A DNA stretch of 64,000 bases from Candidatus Bathyarchaeia archaeon (GCA_050013255.1 JBEKFP010000001.1:608001-672000); one strand, 5' to 3'; counted from the stretch's first letter, positions 1-11,579 are shown. Notes: a model not told the origin generated them from the letters alone. A program made the numbers and translations.

Positions 1-1
1 T

Positions 2-859
2 CTGATGCGCGAGACCTCAATGCAAAATTCGATTCTGAACGTGCACGCTGAAGACGAGCAAACGGCTAACGAAAACCTTGACAGGCTTACTGCGGAGGGT
101 AGGAAGGACCCAAAGGCGCATACTGAGTGGAAGCCAAATGTGGCCGAGGAGCGAGCGGTTAGGAAGGTTGTTGAATTCTCGCGGACGCTGAAGGCCCGAC
201 TCCACATTTCTCACATGTCCACTCAAGAGGGCGTCGAAATTGTTCGGCAAAATAAGCGCCTGCGGGTCAGATTGACTGCAGAAACCTGTCCCCATTACCT
301 AACCTTCACGCGTGGAGATATGAAGAAACAGGGACCGTACTTGAAGATGAACCCTTCACTGAAGGGGCCGAAAGATGTGCAGGCGCTCTGGGAGGGCCTT
401 CGCGATGGAACCATTGACATGGTTACTTCGGAACATGCGCCCGGGGAACGCGTGGAGAAGGAAGTGGGATGGACCGATATCTGGAGGGCGTGGGGCGGCG
501 TCCCAGCGATCGAAACCATGCTGCCTGTCCTGCTGAGTGAAGGAGTAAACAAAGGCCGAATCGGCCTAACGACTCTTCAGAAAATATGCTGCGAGAACCC
601 GGCAAAGGTATTTGGCCTCTACCCTAGAAAGGGTGTAATTCAGAAGGACGCTGACGCGGACCTAGTTATCGTTGACCTTAAGGCAAAACGGACAGTTCGG
701 GCTGAAGCTTTGCATTACAAGGTTGGATGGACTCCGTATGAAGGCTGGACCTTGAAAGGGTGGCCTATCCTGACTGTGCGTCGAGGAGAAATATTATACG
801 AGGACGAACAAGTGGTAGGTGAACCCGGGGCCGCAGATTTCCTGCCCATGTCACTATAA
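2..859 (+). CDS. Cyclic amidohydrolase (dihydroorotase/allantoinase family), 5'-partial
   Basis: HISH, ETCPHYL, KMNP, SEHAP and DADLV motifs; frame open to the window edge. Confidence 0.85.
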   Translation: MMRETSMQNSILNVHAEDEQTANENLDRLTAEGRKDPKAHTEWKPNVAEERAVRKVVEFSRTLKARLHISHMSTQEGVEIVRQNKRLRVRLTAETCPHYLTFTRGDMKKQGPYLKMNPSLKGPKDVQALWEGLRDGTIDMVTSEHAPGERVEKEVGWTDIWRAWGGVPAIETMLPVLLSEGVNKGRIGLTTLQKICCENPAKVFGLYPRKGVIQKDADADLVIVDLKAKRTVRAEALHYKVGWTPYEGWTLKGWPILTVRRGEILYEDEQVVGEPGAADFLPMSL

Positions 860-874
860 ACTGGTCGAACCTCA

Positions 875-1453
875 ATGCTCTCACTCATTGTTCTGGCAGC
901 GGGCAAATCCACTCGGATGCATGGCAGAAACAAGCTACTCATCAAGGTTGAAGGCCAGCCCATGATCCGCGGAGTGGTTGAAGCAGGACTCAAGTCCAAG
1001 GCGGATGAAGTGATCGTAATTCTCGGCTGGGAAGCCGAAAAAATCAAGAAAGCCCTCGAGGACCTCCCCTGCCGATTCGTTGTGAACAAAGACTACGAGA
1101 AGGGACAGAGTAGCTCCGTGAAAGCGGGACTGAAGGAAGTTGGCGAAACGACGCAGGCCATACTCATTCTACCGGGCGATGTAGCCAGGATAGATGCAAG
1201 CTCAATAAATCTGGTCATCGACGAATATGCTCGTCGAAAGGGCTCAATAATCGTGACGGCCTACAAAAGCAAGCCCGGACATCCGATTCTGTTTGATAGG
1301 CAGCTCTTCAACGAAGTCGAACAGATCGACGAGCAGTCATTCGGGTTGAAAGCAGTAGTTAAGAAACATGAAGAGGCAGTGCGATTCGTTGAGGCCGGCT
1401 CTTCCAATGTTCTGGGAGATGTCGACACGCCAGAAGATTTAAAGAGACTCTGA
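875..1453 (+). CDS. mocA: Molybdenum cofactor cytidylyltransferase-like nucleotidyltransferase
   Basis: LAAGKSTRM, NKLL, GHPILF and DVDTPED motifs. Confidence 0.8.
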   Translation: MLSLIVLAAGKSTRMHGRNKLLIKVEGQPMIRGVVEAGLKSKADEVIVILGWEAEKIKKALEDLPCRFVVNKDYEKGQSSSVKAGLKEVGETTQAILILPGDVARIDASSINLVIDEYARRKGSIIVTAYKSKPGHPILFDRQLFNEVEQIDEQSFGLKAVVKKHEEAVRFVEAGSSNVLGDVDTPEDLKRL

Positions 1454-1479
1454 ATTCGTGGGCAGATCAAGACAACGTT

Positions 1480-4257
1480 CTATGGCATCCTGTTGCCCAG
1501 AACCTTTGACAGTTCACTCGCAACGAAACCCGACGAGCTAAGAGCGAGCACGATTAGCCATTCCACAAGGTTGAGACCTGTAACGCTGAAGATGCCTGCT
1601 AACACTTGAGTCTGGAAGATGAATGGCATGATAATTGCTTCTCCCAGGACGATTGCGACTAGTGGCTTGTTCCCTAGAGGACCAGCGGAGAAAAATGTCC
1701 GGTTGAAGGATCTGCAGCTCAAAGCGAAGAAGATTTCAAAAAACACTATTGTTGCGAAAACCATGCTTCGTGCCTTGAGTTCGGCGAAAGCAACAGGGTG
1801 AGCAAAGGTCCAACCGTAGCTGAACAGCCCATACGCGAAAGCTATCCCTACAAGTATTAGTAGTAGTATGGCTATGCCCGCCAACCAGCCGTGGACTGTT
1901 GCGAAGATACTCTCCTTAGGGTTTCGAGGAGGCTTCTCCATGAGAAGGGGATCGGGTGGGTCCGTGCCCAATGCCAGTGCAGGGAGGCCGTCCGTCGCCA
2001 AGTTGACGAACAGGAGGTGTTTCGCTAAGAGTGGAAGCGGGAGGGCCAATAGCCCTGCTGCGGCCATGACTAGGATCTCGCCGATGTTGGCGGAGAGCAA
2101 GTAGGTCAAATATTTCCTGATGTTCTCGTATATGCCTCGGCCCTCATAGACTGCGGAAACTATTGAAGCAAAATTGTCATCGGTGAGAATCATATCGGAC
2201 GCTTCTTTTGTCACGTCCGTCCCTGTAATTCCCATAGCCACACCAATGTCTGCTTTCTTGAGAGCCGGAGCATCGTTAATTCCATCTCCTGTCATCGCCA
2301 CCACGTTCCCCCTCCTCTTGAGTGCCTCAACGATGCGACTTTTATGTTCGGGCGAGGTGCGGGAATAGGCTCTCACGTTTTCAACAATCGAAGAGAACTC
2401 TTCTTCGCCCATTTTGTCCAGCTCTGCTCCGGTCAAAGCTAGGTCGCCTTCTTTCAAGATCTTCAGTTCTTTGGCGACCCATGTTGCGGTCAATTTTTGA
2501 TCCCCCGTTATCATTACCACGCGTATGCCCGCCTTCTCACAGAGTTTCACTGCCTCTGCTGCCTCGTCCCTCGGGGGGTCAATCATGGCCATCAGTCCGA
2601 GGAATGTCATGTCGCGTTCAATTCTTTCATCTATGATCTCGGGCAGCGCTTCCAAGAATTTGTATGCAACTGAGAGGACTCGAAATCCCTCCGCGGCGAA
2701 GCCATTGTTAGTTTGAAGTATCTTTTGTCTTGAATCTTGGTCTAGAACTACACTCGACGCTGAATGCGCAACTTTGCTGCATTTCTGTAGGATGATTTCT
2801 GGAGCGCCTTTGCTCGTGACTAGGTAATTGCCATGCTTAGTTGTGTGGGCGGTGGTCATCACTTTTCTTTCGGAAGTGAAGGGTACCTCGGCTACACGTG
2901 GAGATTCATTTCGCGCAGCTTCTACGTCTATTCCCGTCTTTGCGGCGGCTACGACCAACGCCCCTTCGGTCGGGTCACCAATTATCTTCCATGCGCCGTT
3001 TTGTTTTGTCAGGTTTGCATCGTTGCAGAGGACCCCGCATAGGCAGGCGAATCTAACGGTATCTTCTTTCGTCTGTGTGAGAGCGGGCTTGAATTCGCCC
3101 CGCGGCTCATACCCTACTCCCGTGACTTCGTATGAGTTGCCCTGAGCGTAGACTTTCTTTACGGTCATTTCCCCTTTAGTTAATGTCCCGGTTTTGTCTG
3201 TGCAGATGACTGTAGTCGAACCGAGCGTTTCGGTGGCTGGCAGATGCCTGACTATAGAGTTCCTGCGCGCCATTCGATAGACTCCTATCGCTAAGGCTCC
3301 TGTTACAACGGCGGGAAGCGCTTCCGGGACGGCTGCCACCGCTAGGCTCACGCCCCATAGAAACATGTCAAGAAGCGCGCGGCCGTGAAGTACGCCGAGT
3401 AGTGAGACTAGTGCAACGGTAACGAGAAGCACCTTAACCATCCAGTTGCCGAGCTCGTCCATTCGCTTCTCGAGCGGAGTTTGTTCTTGCTTGTCGGTTT
3501 CGATTAAGCGGGCTATTTTTCCAAATTCAGTTCCCATGCCCGTGGCGAAAACGACTGCCTTTCCGCGACCATAGGTCACGACAGTCCCTGAGAAGACTAT
3601 GTTCTGCCTTTCAGGTAGAGGAGCGTCGGCATGGAGAGCTTTAGTCAACTTGCTGACCGGCACGGATTCGCCTGTAAGAACCGCCTCGTTAACCTGCAGA
3701 TTCATCGCGTCTACTATTCTCGCATCCACCGGGACCTTATCGCCCGAGCGGAGAATTATGAGATCTCCAGGAACGAGCTCCCTCGCGGGAATAACATTCG
3801 CCTGACCATCCCTTACCACGGTCGCTGTCGGCGCAGCCAACTTCTTGAGAAACGCTAGGGACTGTTCCGCCCTGTACTCCTGGTAGAAACCCAGCCCAGC
3901 TTAGGCAAGAACAATTGCTAAGATTACTGCCGAATCCAGTGCTTCTCCTACTGCAAAGGAGATTACGGCTGCGACTATCAAGATGAGAATGAGAGTTTCC
4001 TTGAACTGAGACAAAAGTAGCTTCCACGAAGATGTATTCTTCGCTTCTGCTATCTCGTTCATACCGTAGAGATTAATGCGGAACCTGGCTTCATCGTCCG
4101 TGAGCCCCTGCTGCAGACTGGAGCCCAAGGTCTCCAAAGCGTCCGCCGCCTCTACAGCATGCCACTTTTCTCCGAAAGCTTCAGGGGTTCCGCTCAATTC
4201 CTGTCCGTCAGCAGTAAGACGTAATTCCTTCCCTTTTTGGTCTTTTACCACGTTCAA
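1480..4257 (-). pseudogene. Ca2+-type P2A P-type ATPase interrupted by one in-frame TAA (3901-3903)
   Basis: TGES, PEAL, DKTGTLT, KGAPE and TGDGIND motifs; the two ORFs share a frame and read IVLA*AGLGFYQEYRAE. Confidence 0.85.
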
Positions 4258-4297
4258 TGGGAGCAGCCGATCAAGGACGTTATATCGGCCACCTCAG

Positions 4298-4606
4298 GTG
4301 ATCGGCAACACCTTCACCCTCAGCGGCCCATCGAACCTGACTGAACTCAGCATAACACTGTCGGATTTGCTTTCCTCCGAGAAAGTGAAGGGCTACGAAG
4401 ACAAGACGGTACTCTTCCTCGACTCCGTATCAACGTTCTTGATCTACAATGACGCCAATATGGTAGCCAAATTTCTTCATGCCATTTCCGGCAAGGTGAG
4501 AACCCACAACATTAGGGGAGTATTTTTTTCATTGCATGAAGATATCACCAAGGGCGCGGTCGCCAGTACAGTTCAATTCCACGATAAAGTATTGGAAATT
4601 GGCTAA
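4298..4606 (+). CDS. Truncated KaiC/RecA-like (DUF835/DUF7504-like) C-terminal domain
   Basis: PSNLTELSI, VLFLDSVSTFLIYN and final DKVLEI; in-frame GTG at 4298; no Walker A half. Confidence 0.55.
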   Translation: MIGNTFTLSGPSNLTELSITLSDLLSSEKVKGYEDKTVLFLDSVSTFLIYNDANMVAKFLHAISGKVRTHNIRGVFFSLHEDITKGAVASTVQFHDKVLEIG

Positions 4607-4634
4607 CCCAACCCCAACGTGTGTTGTGGGGTTA

Positions 4635-5192
4635 CTATCTTAGATGCCACATTGATTGTGATGGGTCATCGTGGCTGGGGTGTTGTCCCTGCTCGAACAT
4701 CTTCATTGCTTCCTGGCGTTTTCGTTCAATTTCCTCGGGGGACATTTGAATTTGCATTGAGAGCGACCAAGCGTTGCCGAACGGGTCTGTCAGTTGGCCA
4801 TAGCGTTCGCCCCAGAACATGTCATCAAGTTGCATATCGACTCGAGCTCCAGCCTCCACAGTCTTCTTCCAAAGAGCGTCTACGGCCTTCGAGTAGATGT
4901 GAAGCGTCACCGATGAAGCTCCAAGCTCGCGTGGGTCCTTGTGCACTGCGCCTGGGAAAATATCGGATAGCATGACGATTGAATCGCCGATTTGAATGCG
5001 CCCATGGATCAATTTTCCGCCCGGCCCCTGCTCCCGCTGCAACTCCTTCGCGCCGAAAGCCTTCGTGTACCATTCAATCGCCTCCGCAGCCCCATTGATC
5101 GCAAGGTAAGGTGTAACTGTATGAAACTCCTTCGGAACTGGGTGAAATTTGCTCGATTTCGAAACTCGTTTCTTGGGTGTCTTCTTAGGCAT
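4635..5192 (-). CDS. VOC/PhnB-like glyoxalase family protein
   Basis: VTPYL, FWGERYGQLTDPFG. Confidence 0.88.
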   Translation of the reverse strand: MPKKTPKKRVSKSSKFHPVPKEFHTVTPYLAINGAAEAIEWYTKAFGAKELQREQGPGGKLIHGRIQIGDSIVMLSDIFPGAVHKDPRELGASSVTLHIYSKAVDALWKKTVEAGARVDMQLDDMFWGERYGQLTDPFGNAWSLSMQIQMSPEEIERKRQEAMKMFEQGQHPSHDDPSQSMWHLR

Positions 5193-5312
5193 CAGCTAAC
5201 CTCGGCTTTTCCGAACATTCAGTTCTAGAAATATAAGCTCAGTAGGGAGCCGCCTGACTCGGTAGGCATATTACATTCAAACCAATGCTCACGTCTGCGA
5301 GTTGTTCGAAGT

Positions 5313-5996
5313 ATGCAGTGCCCATCCTGCGGGAATTCGGTGCCAGATAATGTGAAGTTCTGTCCCAGCTGTGGTAAGAAATTGGACACCGCCAAAACAC
5401 CTGCGCCCGGAAGTGTTGGGTCTAGTTCAGTTTTTTCCGGTAAGGAGTACATAATTGAACAGAAGATTGTGGCACTAAGAGATACCTTCGGCATCAAAGA
5501 TAGAAACGGTAACCTTCTCGCTTACGTGAAAAAGAAAATTGTGAGCTGGGGACCCCAGTTCTACTTTGAAACGCCCGACGGTAACAGGTTAGGTGAGATG
5601 CGAGGAAAGGTGCTGACTGTACGGCCGACGTTTGAAATTTATGCCGCCCAAAGACTCGTCGCGGCCGTGAAGAAGAAAATTCTCAAACTGTTAGGCTCAG
5701 AGTGGTGGCTTGAGGATGGTTCGGGTACAGAGATTGCGCGAATTAAGGGGAACATAACTGAACATAATTTCTCAATTCAATCCCCCTCTGGAACAGAAAT
5801 CGCCCAAATCAACAAGAAGTGGGTTAGCGTTCGAGATTCATACGGCATCGAAATTCTAAGCGAAGAACTCACCCCGTACGTCATCATAGCTTACGCTATT
5901 GCGATGGATCACGCCGAATTCAAAGCCGGGAGAGGATTTGCAGTGGGATTAGCCGGGATTGGCGCAATGACGGATGGTTTCAAGCCCCAGTTTTGA
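5313..5996 (+). CDS. Zinc-ribbon plus LURP-one/scramblase (Tubby C-like) protein
   Basis: CPSCG..FCPSCG followed by LOR-type barrel (KKW..RDSY). Confidence 0.75.
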   Translation: MQCPSCGNSVPDNVKFCPSCGKKLDTAKTPAPGSVGSSSVFSGKEYIIEQKIVALRDTFGIKDRNGNLLAYVKKKIVSWGPQFYFETPDGNRLGEMRGKVLTVRPTFEIYAAQRLVAAVKKKILKLLGSEWWLEDGSGTEIARIKGNITEHNFSIQSPSGTEIAQINKKWVSVRDSYGIEILSEELTPYVIIAYAIAMDHAEFKAGRGFAVGLAGIGAMTDGFKPQF

Positions 5997-6008
5997 GGCG
6001 TGAACTTT

Positions 6009-6878
6009 CTATTTCTTCTCGGTCCAGTCGTAGAACCCCCGCCCGGTCTTCCTTCCGAGCAGGTTTGCTCGCACCATCTGTTTGAGTAGGTTGCTGGGGC
6101 GGAACTTCGGGTCGCCCGTTTCGTTTACCATAACATCCGCAATGAAGAGCGTTGTGTCGATGCCGACGTAGTCAAGCAATTTCAATGGGCCCATGGGCCA
6201 GTTCAGTCCGAGTACGCATGCCTTGTCAATGTCCTCCGGCTCGGCTACGCCTTCAGCTACGAGGAAAGCCGCTTCGTTGAGGGCTGGGACGAGGATGCGG
6301 TTTACAATGAACCCTGGCGTGTCCTTCTTAACAACAACTGGTTCCTTACCCAGCTTTGCGGTGACTTGTTTGATAGTCTCCACGGTCTCGTTTGATGTCT
6401 TCAAACCGCGGACGATCTCAATGAGCTTCATGAGTTGTGGTGGGTTGAAGAAATGCATACCGCAAACTTTCTCAGGCCTCTTCGTCGCGGCCCCGATCTC
6501 AGTAATGCTGATTGAAGACGTGTTTGAGGCGATTATTGCGTGAGCTGGCGCATATTTGTCAGCTTCAGCTAAGACCTGTTTCTTGAGGGCAGGGTTCTCG
6601 GTTACGGCCTCAATGACTAGGTCCGCGTTCTGTACAGTTTCTTTCAGGTCGAGCGTTGGGTGAATTCGATTGAGGATTTCTTTGGATTCATTCTCGCTCA
6701 TTGTACCCTTTTTGACGAACCGTTGGAGGCTGTCTCGAACCATTTTCATTCCGTTGTCGACAAATCGTTGCTCAATATCTCTCATGCTAACGTCAAATTT
6801 GCCGGTCTGTGCACAAACTTGTGCGATACCGTGTCCCATCAGGCCAGCGCCTAACACTCCTACACGCTTTACTTCCAT
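6009..6878 (-). CDS. hbd: 3-hydroxyacyl(butyryl)-CoA dehydrogenase
   Basis: GAGLMG, SNTSS, GMHFFNP, GFIVNR, PMGP; start moved to MEVKRV. Confidence 0.92.
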   Translation of the reverse strand: MEVKRVGVLGAGLMGHGIAQVCAQTGKFDVSMRDIEQRFVDNGMKMVRDSLQRFVKKGTMSENESKEILNRIHPTLDLKETVQNADLVIEAVTENPALKKQVLAEADKYAPAHAIIASNTSSISITEIGAATKRPEKVCGMHFFNPPQLMKLIEIVRGLKTSNETVETIKQVTAKLGKEPVVVKKDTPGFIVNRILVPALNEAAFLVAEGVAEPEDIDKACVLGLNWPMGPLKLLDYVGIDTTLFIADVMVNETGDPKFRPSNLLKQMVRANLLGRKTGRGFYDWTEKK

Positions 6879-7074
6879 TCCAATCACAGCTAATAATCCG
6901 AACAAGAACCAAGATATGTTTTCCCATATGCGAAGCCTGGACATTCTACATAGGGTTCAGCCTGCTGGTCAAACAACAACGATGGCAAATGCATCAGTAT
7001 GTATCCCATCCCTAAGGTGCGAAATTTCAGATTAGCCCACTAACGACAACACTGCAGATTGATTTAGGATCATA

Positions 7075-7794
7075 CTAACTAGTTTGGACTCTGTCTTTTT
7101 TGCTTCGGCATCTTAGAATCATTAACGCCACTATTCCAGTAACCATGCCGACTATTATCGATTCAACTGGGAAGCCTGGAATGCTTGTTGACGGCGTGGT
7201 TGCGCTCGTGAATGTGCTTGTTGGGGTAATTGTACTGAGCAATTGTTGGGTCGACGTATAACTGCCAGCTGCTACGTAAGCCACCATGAATCCGTCCGCA
7301 TCTCGAGCATTGGAAAAGTTAACGAGGACAAGGTCCCACCTCCCAGAGCTGGGGAGAGCCGCATCGAAACTATACGCCATCGTGCTTAGTTGACTTGTGA
7401 TTGCATTTGCCCCATTCCCACAACTTCCTACCTTCAACCAACTTTGGTAGCTTGTGTCTTGTATGACATAGAAGTCAAGTGGGATGTCTGATGTGAAATT
7501 GCCAGCGACATATTGGCCTTGATTGCCCGTGAAAGTAAAATTCCACAACTCGCAGTGCAAATTCGTCCCCGCTGTCGAGATTACCTTGAAGGGACTGTTG
7601 ATCAGTTGTTGCTGTTGTGCCAGAGATGTAGTAACGCTGCTACCTACTGTGATCGTTTTTACTTGATTTACTTGGGTTGCGAACGTGACGTAATTCGCAC
7701 TACCGACAATTGCCAGCAATGATGGAATACATACGATCATGATGGCGATTGCGTATCGTACCTTCAAGAAACACACATTGAACCGAACTTTCAT
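7075..7794 (-). CDS. Secreted membrane-anchored protein with PGF-type C-terminal tail
   Basis: Signal peptide, Thr-rich linker, IPGFP + TM + basic tail. Confidence 0.7.
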   Translation of the reverse strand: MKVRFNVCFLKVRYAIAIMIVCIPSLLAIVGSANYVTFATQVNQVKTITVGSSVTTSLAQQQQLINSPFKVISTAGTNLHCELWNFTFTGNQGQYVAGNFTSDIPLDFYVIQDTSYQSWLKVGSCGNGANAITSQLSTMAYSFDAALPSSGRWDLVLVNFSNARDADGFMVAYVAAGSYTSTQQLLSTITPTSTFTSATTPSTSIPGFPVESIIVGMVTGIVALMILRCRSKKDRVQTS

Positions 7795-7891
7795 TGTTTA
7801 CCCTAAAAACAGTTTGCTTGGCGTTGAGAGCGAGCTTGCGGCACGCATCCACCTTAGTTACGTTTCTGGACTACTGACGCCGTAGGATTTC

Positions 7892-8329
7892 TCAAGTCAA
7901 TTTGGTTTTCGATTTAGCTGGAGGAACTGGCTGCTTGAGGTCGAATTGGTTTCCGTAGGCGTCCGCGAACTCGCAAAGCCATTCTCCCCACTCCATCCTC
8001 CTGGGAGGATACAGAAATCGTACGCCCTTTGACCGTAACCGGTCGTAGTCGGTTCGTATATTGTCGGTGAGAAATGTGATCCCTGTTGGGCCGGGCTCTA
8101 TACTGTTGTCCAACAACTCGCAGATGTGAATCCTTGTTAGTGGTCGACCTGGACCGAGTTCGATCCAATGACCCGGTCTATCGGGTGAACCTTGGACACT
8201 AGCATCCGTGTTAGGCTCGAACGGTCCAACGTAGGCCACCCGGAGGCCGAGAATATCACGATACCATTGAAGTGCCTTCTGCTTATCGGACACTACGACT
8301 GCGACTGTGTCGATGCCTGTGATTGTCAT
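7892..8329 (-). CDS. VOC family protein
   Basis: ALQWYRDILGL, EWG..FADAYGN. Confidence 0.8.
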   Translation of the reverse strand: MTITGIDTVAVVVSDKQKALQWYRDILGLRVAYVGPFEPNTDASVQGSPDRPGHWIELGPGRPLTRIHICELLDNSIEPGPTGITFLTDNIRTDYDRLRSKGVRFLYPPRRMEWGEWLCEFADAYGNQFDLKQPVPPAKSKTKLT

Positions 8330-8407
8330 GAAGGCCTATCGCCAACAGAGTCTGACTGATTCGCGGCTTAAATAACAAATCAGCATTCTTACTTTCGGGA
8401 TCCTGTC

Positions 8408-10024
8408 ATGTCTAAAGACAACTTTTCTCCTCTTGAGGATAAAGTGCTCAAGCATGTTTTTGCGCTTTACCCGCAGTTCGCTGTAGCTCTTGGGCTTCAC
8501 GAATACGACGGACTCTTACCGCGACTTTCGGAAGACTTTGTCAATGGATGGCTTGAGAAAGCGAACGAATTAGTCGGGAGGTTGCCTTCGATAGACCTTT
8601 CGAAACCAGTTAGTCGGAGGCCTCTTGACATGGAGCTCCTGAGAATGCTGCTCGAAGGAGCGCTATTCGACTTGAAGGATCTTCGCGTCTGGAAGGAGGA
8701 GCCCCTTACCTACGTGAGACCGTTGAACATTCAGCCCTATATTATTCGAGAATATGCACCAGTCGAGGCCCGAACCAAAGTCATCATTAAGCATTTCAGA
8801 TCTATACCTGAATTCCTGCGGACTGCGCGCGACAACTTGGAGCCTGTTCTGCCCAAGCCTTCGGTAAAGTTTGCACAAGACATCACGAGCGGTTTACCTT
8901 CGCACTTCAATGAGGCCGATAAGCTCCTGAAAGATGCGCCGGAGCAACTTCGAAGCGACTATAGCATGGCCAAGAGAGGGGCCCTTAAAGCTATACAGGC
9001 GTTCGCAAGGGCTTTGCAGGAAGATTACCTTCCGAAGGCAAAGGAAGAGTTCGCTCTCGGTGAAGTAAAACTCGCCAGACTCATGTGGGTCCTAGATCGT
9101 TTAGATCAGCCCCTGAAAGAACTCCTTAAGACGGGATTAGATGACCTCGCGCAGAACAAAGAAGCCTTCATTGAAACAGCCAGAAGGATAGACCCTTCGA
9201 AGTCGCCGCGAGACGTTATGAAGCAAGTTGGGTTCGACCATTCAAAGGCCGATTCGCTGATTAAGGATACGCAGAACCTGCTGGAGGAAATCCGTTCATT
9301 CACTGTTCAGAAAGACATCGTGACGTATCCCTCAGAAGAGCGATGTGTAGTTGCTGAAACGCCAGGATTCGCGCGTGAACTGTACACGGCCGCGATGGAT
9401 CCACCTGGACCATTCGAGGAAGGCTCAACCCGTGCCATCTACTACGTAACTCCTGTTGACAGCCGTTGGAGTGAAGAACGTAAGGAGGAGTGGCTTCGCC
9501 ACTTAAACACGGCCTCCCTGAAAGAGATCTCAATTCATGAAGCCTATCCCGGACATTACTTGCATTTCCTACACCTTAAGAATCTCAAAACCAAAACATC
9601 GAAGGCTTTCATCTCCTACGCCTTCACTGAGGGTTGGGCCCATTACTGCGAGGAGATGATGATAGAGCAAGGATTTGGAGAAGGCGACCTTAAAGTCAAA
9701 TTAGCCGTCCTCCAGGCAGCGTTACTTCGAGACTGCCGCTACATATGCTCAATAAAGATGCACTCGGGGCAATTCACTCTGAAAGAGGCAACTCAATTTT
9801 TCATCGATAATGCCTTCTTGGATCAACTACCCGCAGAGCGCGAAGCTCAACGCGGCACCATCGACCCAGGATACTATTCGTATACGCTGGGCAAACTCTT
9901 CATCAAGAAAACCTATCGCAGTTATCATTTGGCACACCCGACGCTAACACTGAAGAGTTTCCATGACTCGCTCCTCTCCTGGGGCGCACCACCAGTCGGT
10001 TATCTGGAAAAACTCATCGCATAA
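8408..10024 (+). CDS. DUF885 family metallopeptidase-like protein
   Basis: HEAYPGHY, EGWAHY, YTLGKL. Confidence 0.88.
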   Translation: MSKDNFSPLEDKVLKHVFALYPQFAVALGLHEYDGLLPRLSEDFVNGWLEKANELVGRLPSIDLSKPVSRRPLDMELLRMLLEGALFDLKDLRVWKEEPLTYVRPLNIQPYIIREYAPVEARTKVIIKHFRSIPEFLRTARDNLEPVLPKPSVKFAQDITSGLPSHFNEADKLLKDAPEQLRSDYSMAKRGALKAIQAFARALQEDYLPKAKEEFALGEVKLARLMWVLDRLDQPLKELLKTGLDDLAQNKEAFIETARRIDPSKSPRDVMKQVGFDHSKADSLIKDTQNLLEEIRSFTVQKDIVTYPSEERCVVAETPGFARELYTAAMDPPGPFEEGSTRAIYYVTPVDSRWSEERKEEWLRHLNTASLKEISIHEAYPGHYLHFLHLKNLKTKTSKAFISYAFTEGWAHYCEEMMIEQGFGEGDLKVKLAVLQAALLRDCRYICSIKMHSGQFTLKEATQFFIDNAFLDQLPAEREAQRGTIDPGYYSYTLGKLFIKKTYRSYHLAHPTLTLKSFHDSLLSWGAPPVGYLEKLIA

Positions 10025-10079
10025 CAGTTAAGGCTTAAGCGCAAGCCAGTTGCCTTTCTTGTCGACCCAGAACAGCGGG

Positions 10080-11429
10080 CTACTTGAGTTGCGCAGCTAC
10101 CTCTTTCACAGCGCCCTCGAATACTTCTAGGCCAGCGTCAATTGTTTCATGTGTTATGATGAGGGGGGGAGCGAATCGCATCGTTGACCTACCGGCGGTG
10201 ATGATTGCTAGGCCACGTTTGAAGCATTTGTTCATGATGTCCAGAATTTCTTGAGCGGCGGGTTCCTTTGTTTCCCTGTCCTTAACGAATTCTACACCGA
10301 CCATGAGCCCTTTGCCCCGGATGTCGCCTATGATCGAGTATTTTTGTTGCATCTCTTTCAGGCGTTTCATCAGATAAGCGCCTTGGCGGGTTGCATTTTC
10401 GAGGAGTTTCTCATCCTTTATGATTTCAATTACTTGGAGCCCGGCCGCGCAGGCTATGGGGTTGCCGCCAAAGGTGTTGGCGTGCGAGCCTCCTTCCCAG
10501 TCCATTATTTCCTCTTTGGCTATGGTTGCCCCGATTGGCATGCCTGATGCGAGCGCCTTAGCTGCTGTCACCACATCGGGCGTGACTCCCCAATGTTCGA
10601 TGGCGAACCATTTTCCTGTCCGTCCCATTCCTGACTGGATTTCATCATCCACGAGAAGAATGTCGTATTTGTCGAGGATTTTCTTGAGGCGCTGGAAATA
10701 GTTGTCTGGAGGGACCACGTATCCTCCTTCGCCTTGGATAGATTCGATGAACATAGCGGCTGTGTCTTCGGGGGGATGAAACTTCTTCAGCACTTCCTCT
10801 TCAATGAAGTCGACACACCACATATCACATTCGGGATAAGTGAGCCCGAAGGGACACCGGTAGCAGTACGGGTACGGAACATGGGTAACTTCCTGCCCCA
10901 GCGGGAAGAAGTGTCGCCTCTGCACTGGCTTGCTCGAAGTCAGACTCATTGTTCCGAAGGACCTGCCATGGAATGACCCCGTGTACGCCAAGAAGAGTGG
11001 TTTCCGAGTATGCCACCGCGTCATCTTCATCGCGGCTTCGTTCGCTTCGGCCCCGCTATTAGAGAAGAAAACTTTCTTCCGGAACATCCCCGGCGTAATT
11101 TTGGTAAGCTGTTCCCCGAGGTCAACGATTGGTTTGTAGTAGAAATCGGTCCACGAATAATGGATTAGCTTCTCAGCCTGGTCTTTGATCGCCTTGACGA
11201 CGCGCGGGTGGCAATGGCCGACATTGAGGACCACTAAACCGGAATTGAAGTCCACAAATTCATTACCGTCCACATCCTTAACATAGCATCCGGCCCCTGA
11301 TTCTGCGACGAGAGGATACCACCTAACAACCGAATGCGACAGAATGTTCGTGTCCTTCTCAAGAAGTTCACGTGCCTTCGGGCCAGGCGGCGTCACAAGG
11401 ATTTTCGGTTTTTCGAGTTTAGCTGCCAA
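10080..11429 (-). CDS. Class III PLP aminotransferase (4-aminobutyrate/acetylornithine family)
   Basis: SGAEANE, FHGR, DEIQSGMGRTG, AKALASG; TTG start inferred. Confidence 0.92.
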   Translation of the reverse strand: MAAKLEKPKILVTPPGPKARELLEKDTNILSHSVVRWYPLVAESGAGCYVKDVDGNEFVDFNSGLVVLNVGHCHPRVVKAIKDQAEKLIHYSWTDFYYKPIVDLGEQLTKITPGMFRKKVFFSNSGAEANEAAMKMTRWHTRKPLFLAYTGSFHGRSFGTMSLTSSKPVQRRHFFPLGQEVTHVPYPYCYRCPFGLTYPECDMWCVDFIEEEVLKKFHPPEDTAAMFIESIQGEGGYVVPPDNYFQRLKKILDKYDILLVDDEIQSGMGRTGKWFAIEHWGVTPDVVTAAKALASGMPIGATIAKEEIMDWEGGSHANTFGGNPIACAAGLQVIEIIKDEKLLENATRQGAYLMKRLKEMQQKYSIIGDIRGKGLMVGVEFVKDRETKEPAAQEILDIMNKCFKRGLAIITAGRSTMRFAPPLIITHETIDAGLEVFEGAVKEVAAQLK

Positions 11430-11579
11430 GTTTAGTGCCTCGAACTTGAAGACGCTTGGCCTGAGAATTGTAAAAGCCTTCCGTTCACATGCCGCAGATG
11501 CAAGTGAGGCAACACAACACGCCAAAGTCACGGTTTGTTTTACAATGGTATAATGCTCAGCGCCTTCCGTCCAGACGAG

